DNA of 64,000 bases from Octopus vulgaris (Eukaryota): positions 101,184,001 through 101,248,000 of the forward strand of contig OX597818.1 in NCBI GenBank assembly GCA_951406725.2, read 5' to 3'. The notes below the pieces were generated by a model that searched no databases, was not told the origin of the DNA, and saw only the letters and a list, made by a program, of their open reading frames with translations. Each line of letters starts with the position of its first letter. The first letter of the stretch is position 1. Made by a program: the position numbers and the translations under genes. Positions 58,869 through 64,000 of this stretch are shown piece by piece.

Positions 58869-59113
58869 TAATCTCCTATATCGTACGTCGAACGTTCGAT
58901 AAAACAAAAATTCAACGCAACAAATCTGATAAATTTGTGTAAGAAATGTCTATATGACATCTTCAAAAATGTAGAAAAAATCAAAGTCAGTGAACATCTC
59001 AGCAGTTACCGTCGATATGAATCCAATATCTCTAAACCATACCGAAAATTTTCAGTGTATACGAAAAACATACAAACGCACTAAATCCATTATCAAAACC
59101 TTATCAAAAGAGT

Positions 59114-59480
59114 AGGCGTAGGAGTGCATGTGCATTACTTATAAACCACATGGTTCCGGGTTCTGTCCCACTGCGTGGTACCTTGGGCAAGTGTCTTCTA
59201 TTATAGCCTCGAGCCGATCAAAGATTTGTTAATGGATTTGGTCGACGGAAACTGAAAGAAGCCCGTCGTATATATGTATATTTTTGTATGTGCGGTGTAT
59301 ATGTTTGAATGCCTATGCTTGACAACAGATGCTGTTGTGTTTACGTCCCCGTAACGTAGCGGTTCGGCAAAAGAGATCGATAGAATAAGTAGTAGACTTA
59401 CAAAGTATAAGTCCTGGCGTCGATTTGCTTGACCAACTAAAAGAGAAAAAGACTAAAAGAGTAAAAGCCTAGTAAAAGTC
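59114..59480 (+). mobile_element. SINE family A
   Basis: GGCGTAGGAGTG..CCACATGGTTCCGGGTTC..CCTTGGGCAAGTGTCTTC. Confidence 0.88.
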
Positions 59481-59556
59481 ACGTCGCTCAAACGCTTTTT
59501 ATCTTCACGTAAGAAAAATTCTTAAGTCCATATGCTGAAGATTCTATATATATGTG

Positions 59557-59618
<62 letters not shown>

Positions 59619-59629
59619 GTATATATATA

Positions 59630-59671
<42 letters not shown>

Positions 59672-59701
59672 GATGACAATGAACATACGAGTTAATATGC
59701 T

Positions 59702-60095
59702 AAAATGCTAAAATAATTTTATAAAAAAAACATTTCAGTGCGTTCGCCAACCGACTGGCCCGGACGCAACGGCGTTGGCAGCCGGGATCGCGCGGGCTGA
59801 GCCGAATGGGTCACCACCTACGCCGCAACCACGCGGCGCCGCTCCGCGGGGGGGGCGGTAGTCGGACGCGAAGGAGAGCGGCGTCAACGGCAAGTCCAGG
59901 CCGCGCGCAGAGCTACCGACGACGGCTTCCTCGGCGCCTCGCTACCGGAGAATCACTAACCGACGCGCTGTAGAGCGGCGGCCTTGACCCGGTCGGTTCG
60001 GCCTGTGTGAGCCCGTCGGCAGCACGCCGTCGCGTCCGGGCCAGTCGGTTGGTGTACGCACTGAAATGTTTTTTATAAAATTAGTTTAGCATTTT
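59702..60095 (+). mobile_element. GC-rich fold-back element between (TA)n and (CA)n
   Basis: ~85-bp terminal inverted arms (AAAATGCTAAA..CATTTCAGTGCGT..CCAACCGACTGGCCCGGACGC) plus inner helices. The mobile-element call is inferred from the architecture. Confidence 0.7.
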
Positions 60096-61836
60096 CTATC
60101 TTGACTTTTTTCGCACACACACACACAAACACATACACACACACACACGCACACACACACATATATATATAATGTGTGTGTGTGGCTGTGTGTGTGCGTG
60201 TGTGTAGTATTAATCTATAATTGTTTGAATGCACAGAATTTAGGTCATATGATTAATCTTCAGCGCTAACACATCTCTAAGTCAATGGAATTTACTTTCA
60301 GCTTACTATTTCATACCATTTTGTGAGTCAATTTCCACGTGTTTCCAACAGGATATTCCTTTAGATTTTCTTTCTTACACTATCCATACGGTAAAGAGAA
60401 AATATGCGTAGCAAATCTCTAAAAACAGAAATAAATGAGGTTTTCAATTTAGGATGGACGTTTGTATGAAAATTCTATTCATGGAGACTTAATATAAGAA
60501 CAATATCGCGCATGTTATTATAAGACATTTGTCAAGACACGCTATTAGGAGAGACACAAAGAGTGTATTCAATTTGAAGCATATTTTTTTTATATAAGGT
60601 TCCCAAGTATATTTCTTTGAAAATTACATCTTGTGACGTACCTGGAAAATGCAGTTTATGTAAATGAAAATTATTGCTGAATTGGTCAATTATAATGTAT
60701 CGCAAATAAATATCAGGAAAAAATACGCTTTAAAACATCAAATAATGCTGGTAATTTTTTGCTGAGAGTAAATAAGGTTAGTAGTTTACAATGTTAAATG
60801 TGTTTATGGGAAATATTGTTGGCGCAGTAACAAATAAAATGGCGAAAATAAGGTATCCTTTGTATCAAAAAATAAACAAGCGTGGAACTTAGAGTGTAAA
60901 GTAATTTAGATATATTACCGAAGGGACAAATTAAATAAGATGGTAAACAAAACGAAAGAATTGAATGAAAAATCTTAAATAATTGGGAGACCAAGAGAGA
61001 CAAGCCTACTTTGTATTTAAATGTACACACAGTTCAAAAAATAAATACGCAGCTCTATTTACTTCAAGAAAAACATTAAAAGTAAAGAGGACAAAACAGG
61101 CAACCAATAACGCTTCGCTTTCTTTTCAGTATGATTATTTTTGTATTTATTTATTTACAATAATTGTGCCAAATAGGTTGTATTTACGAATTCTCAGAAA
61201 GTTTATAATAATGAAAATAACTGATACTAAGAAATGTAAAAGAGAGATAATGTCTGTAACGGTAAGCTATTTTGAAATTAGGTTGTGGTTGTTTCCAACA
61301 GAATGTATAATCGTACATTCATACGCATACAGGCACAAATGAATGCAGCTATGCACCGATATATGGTGTGATGTCTATATGAAACGAGTAGGGGATTAAA
61401 TTACGAGTTTTTTCTCTTGTAATCCAAAATATCGCCACTGGGTTGGTCATAGTGCTATTCACTATAACTTGTCTTGAATTGTTTTTGGGATAAGAGGCAT
61501 TAGTGGTCTTGTTGTAATTGGTTTTGTTTTGTGTATTCATTTTACAGGGGTTTGTAGGCGTGCATAAATGTGTTCGTTAGTGTTTTTTTTCTCTATTGTT
61601 TAAGGCCATGGGGGCTCCATGTCTGCGTCCAGTGCATGTAGGGATACAAATATGTGAATGGGAATTTATATTAGGCGTGGTGGGAAAACAGTCTCTTTGG
61701 TAGGTGTCAGAAAAACTACCTATTTGGCAGGTGGCCGCTGCATTAGGGCATGCGTGTTTGTATTATATGGGTGTGTTGATGAATGCTCTAGTAAAATTTT
61801 CTCTGTCGTGTGTACTCCGTGTAAGTTGTACCTCAT

Positions 61837-61867
<31 letters not shown>

Positions 61868-61871
61868 GTAC

Positions 61872-62260
61872 TCTCTTTTACTCATTTACTTGTTTCAGTC
61901 ATTTGATTGTCGCCATGCTGGAGCACCACCTTTAGTCGAGCAAATCAACCCCAGGACTTATTCCTTGTTAGCCTAGTACTTATTCTATCGGTTTTTTGGC
62001 GAACCGCTAAGTTACGTGGACGTAAAACACCAGCATCCCTTGTCATACGATGTTGGGGGGAAGGGCAAACACAGACACACAGGCGTATACATATATACGA
62101 CGGGCTTCCTTCAATCTCCGTCTACCAAATCTACTCATAAGGCTTTGGTCGGCCCGAGGCTATAGTAGAAAACACTTGCCCAAGTTGCTACGCAGTGGGA
62201 CTACACCCGGAACCATGTGTTTGCTAAGCAAGCTACCTACCACACAGCCACTTCTAAGCC
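61872..62260 (-). mobile_element. SINE family A, full length
   Basis: Reverse complement of the family A motifs. Confidence 0.88.
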
Positions 62261-62751
62261 TATATGTAAAATATATTTATTTACATATATTAATCTGAAA
62301 TTTTCCGACTTTTATTTTCTCTCATTTTGCATGGATACAGATATAAATATATTGTAATTGATGTATTTAATATATTTAATTTAATTGATGTGTGTATTTT
62401 GCATATCCCCATAATTGCTCATATGTATGTGCATGTGTGGATATGTGTGTGTAGGATGTGTTGTGTGAGTGTACACAAGGAAGGATCAGATTTCCTTCCT
62501 GACCAGGAGAGTAAGACTGGTTTCCCGGATTATGTGGCGTTTACACACCAATACTTTGCAGAGGACGCGTGCTGAATTCTGTTTAGTGACGAAGTGTTAT
62601 TCTGTTGAACGCAACGTGTCGATACGAGTCAAAAATATTATTTTAAAATCATGAACACAATAAGAAATAAGCGACCTGTATTCAGGTATATAGATGCACA
62701 CTCATATAAATATATACATATGAACATACACATGTGTCTATACACACATAT

Positions 62752-62827
<76 letters not shown>

Positions 62828-64000
62828 TGTGTGTATTGTGTGTATGCATATATGTGCATATATATATATATGTTTGCATGTGCGTATGTAAGTTCTCTAT
62901 CTTAACGTTCTAAATTCGAATTATAGACAAAGGAAATGGCATTATATACGTTATTTTGATTTTCTTACAGCGGAGATTAAACATGAAAGTGTTGTTAATA
63001 CAAAGCTATAGTTTTAATTAGAAGCCTTAAAATGTAGGCGATTAATGGGATTATACGGAGTAAAATTTTCTTTAGAATTTCCGATCCCTTATATTTGAGA
63101 TAACATAGGAAAGTACGTAAAATTATCGCAAGGAAATACGACAAACGCGTAAATATTATTGCTATCAGCTGTGGCTAATGTATGTACAGAGACGCGAATG
63201 GAAATGCACACAGTTGAGGCTTCTATTACTGCTTTTACTTTTGGAAATTAGTATATACGAAATCATATGTGAGGTAAAATGGCCAGGTTCTTCGAGATTA
63301 TTCGTGGCTCTTAATTTTGATATTCAATGCCAATTTCGCATAGGTTCGTCTATTTTTTTTATCAAAACGCTTCATGAGATTATGATTATTAAGCGTAACA
63401 TGCAGCATATTGAAGAATAGAACTGAGGAGCGACACAAGAGTCAGGATCTGGTCGGCATCTGCATTGAAATAGATGCATTTTACAGAAACTTCTCTTTAT
63501 ATTTTTCTTTATTAACATTTCTATGCTGAATCACTTTCACATACAAGGTATTAACGTTGACACTTATGCGGCAAAATCGTTTCCGCAAAAGTGAAATACA
63601 TATCATTTGAATAATTGTTTGTCCAGAAGTTTTTTCGATAGCGTTGAAAATCATTATTTTTATAATCACACTAGCACATCTTTAAAATACCATCAACTGT
63701 TAGACACAAATGGTATACAGAAACGAGAAATGCTTGGTTTTCGCCGTCCACGATCCACCATAGTACCAGATATTGACATATCAGATTGTCTGAAAAGGCA
63801 TCAGCGTCCAATTCTTTCCAGTCTTCTGAGAGTACATATACGGTGGTTGCAGTTTTGACCTATAAGGTAGCCTATTTCTTTACATCACAGAGCTTCCGAT
63901 TTTGTACATTCGATGTGACTAGAGGTGTACACGTCCGAGTTAACGTGAAAATTTAGAAGGTAAGGTTACCCAACTTGTTGCCAATCGGGAACAAATAGGA

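Overview
AT-rich, microsatellite-saturated metazoan genomic DNA. The SINE families and the (TA)n/(CA)n/(TATC)n/(AAT)n landscape suggest an octopod cephalopod (inference from recall, no search run). No intact protein-coding gene is present, and most ORFs in the supplied track are microsatellite translations. Recognisable coding relics are a 4-exon WDR46/UTP7 pseudogene fragment (53.2-57.9 kb), two Penelope-like element (PLE) RT/GIY-YIG copies, a hAT transposase 5' end, a Sola2-like transposase relic and a Dong/R4 LINE 3' end in (AAT)n. A 5.5-kb near-identical duplication straddles a 100-N gap and is probably an uncollapsed haplotype. The most striking signal is a dense set of sequence-unrelated, non-coding elements, mostly fold-backs lodged in (TA)n, that carry hammerhead-ribozyme (HHR) motifs. 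About nine distinct HHR sequences were found by eye, four with a CCGANGA core. Several share the layout arm-HHR-arm-unpaired tail-(TA)n, which also appears at 5-kb scale in the protein-coding PLE at 25.1-30.3 kb. A tRNA-headed SINE with an HHR tail and an unexplained GC-rich hairpin rich in G-U pairs (59.7-60.1 kb) add to this picture. All ribozyme calls were made by hand and repeat boundaries are approximate.
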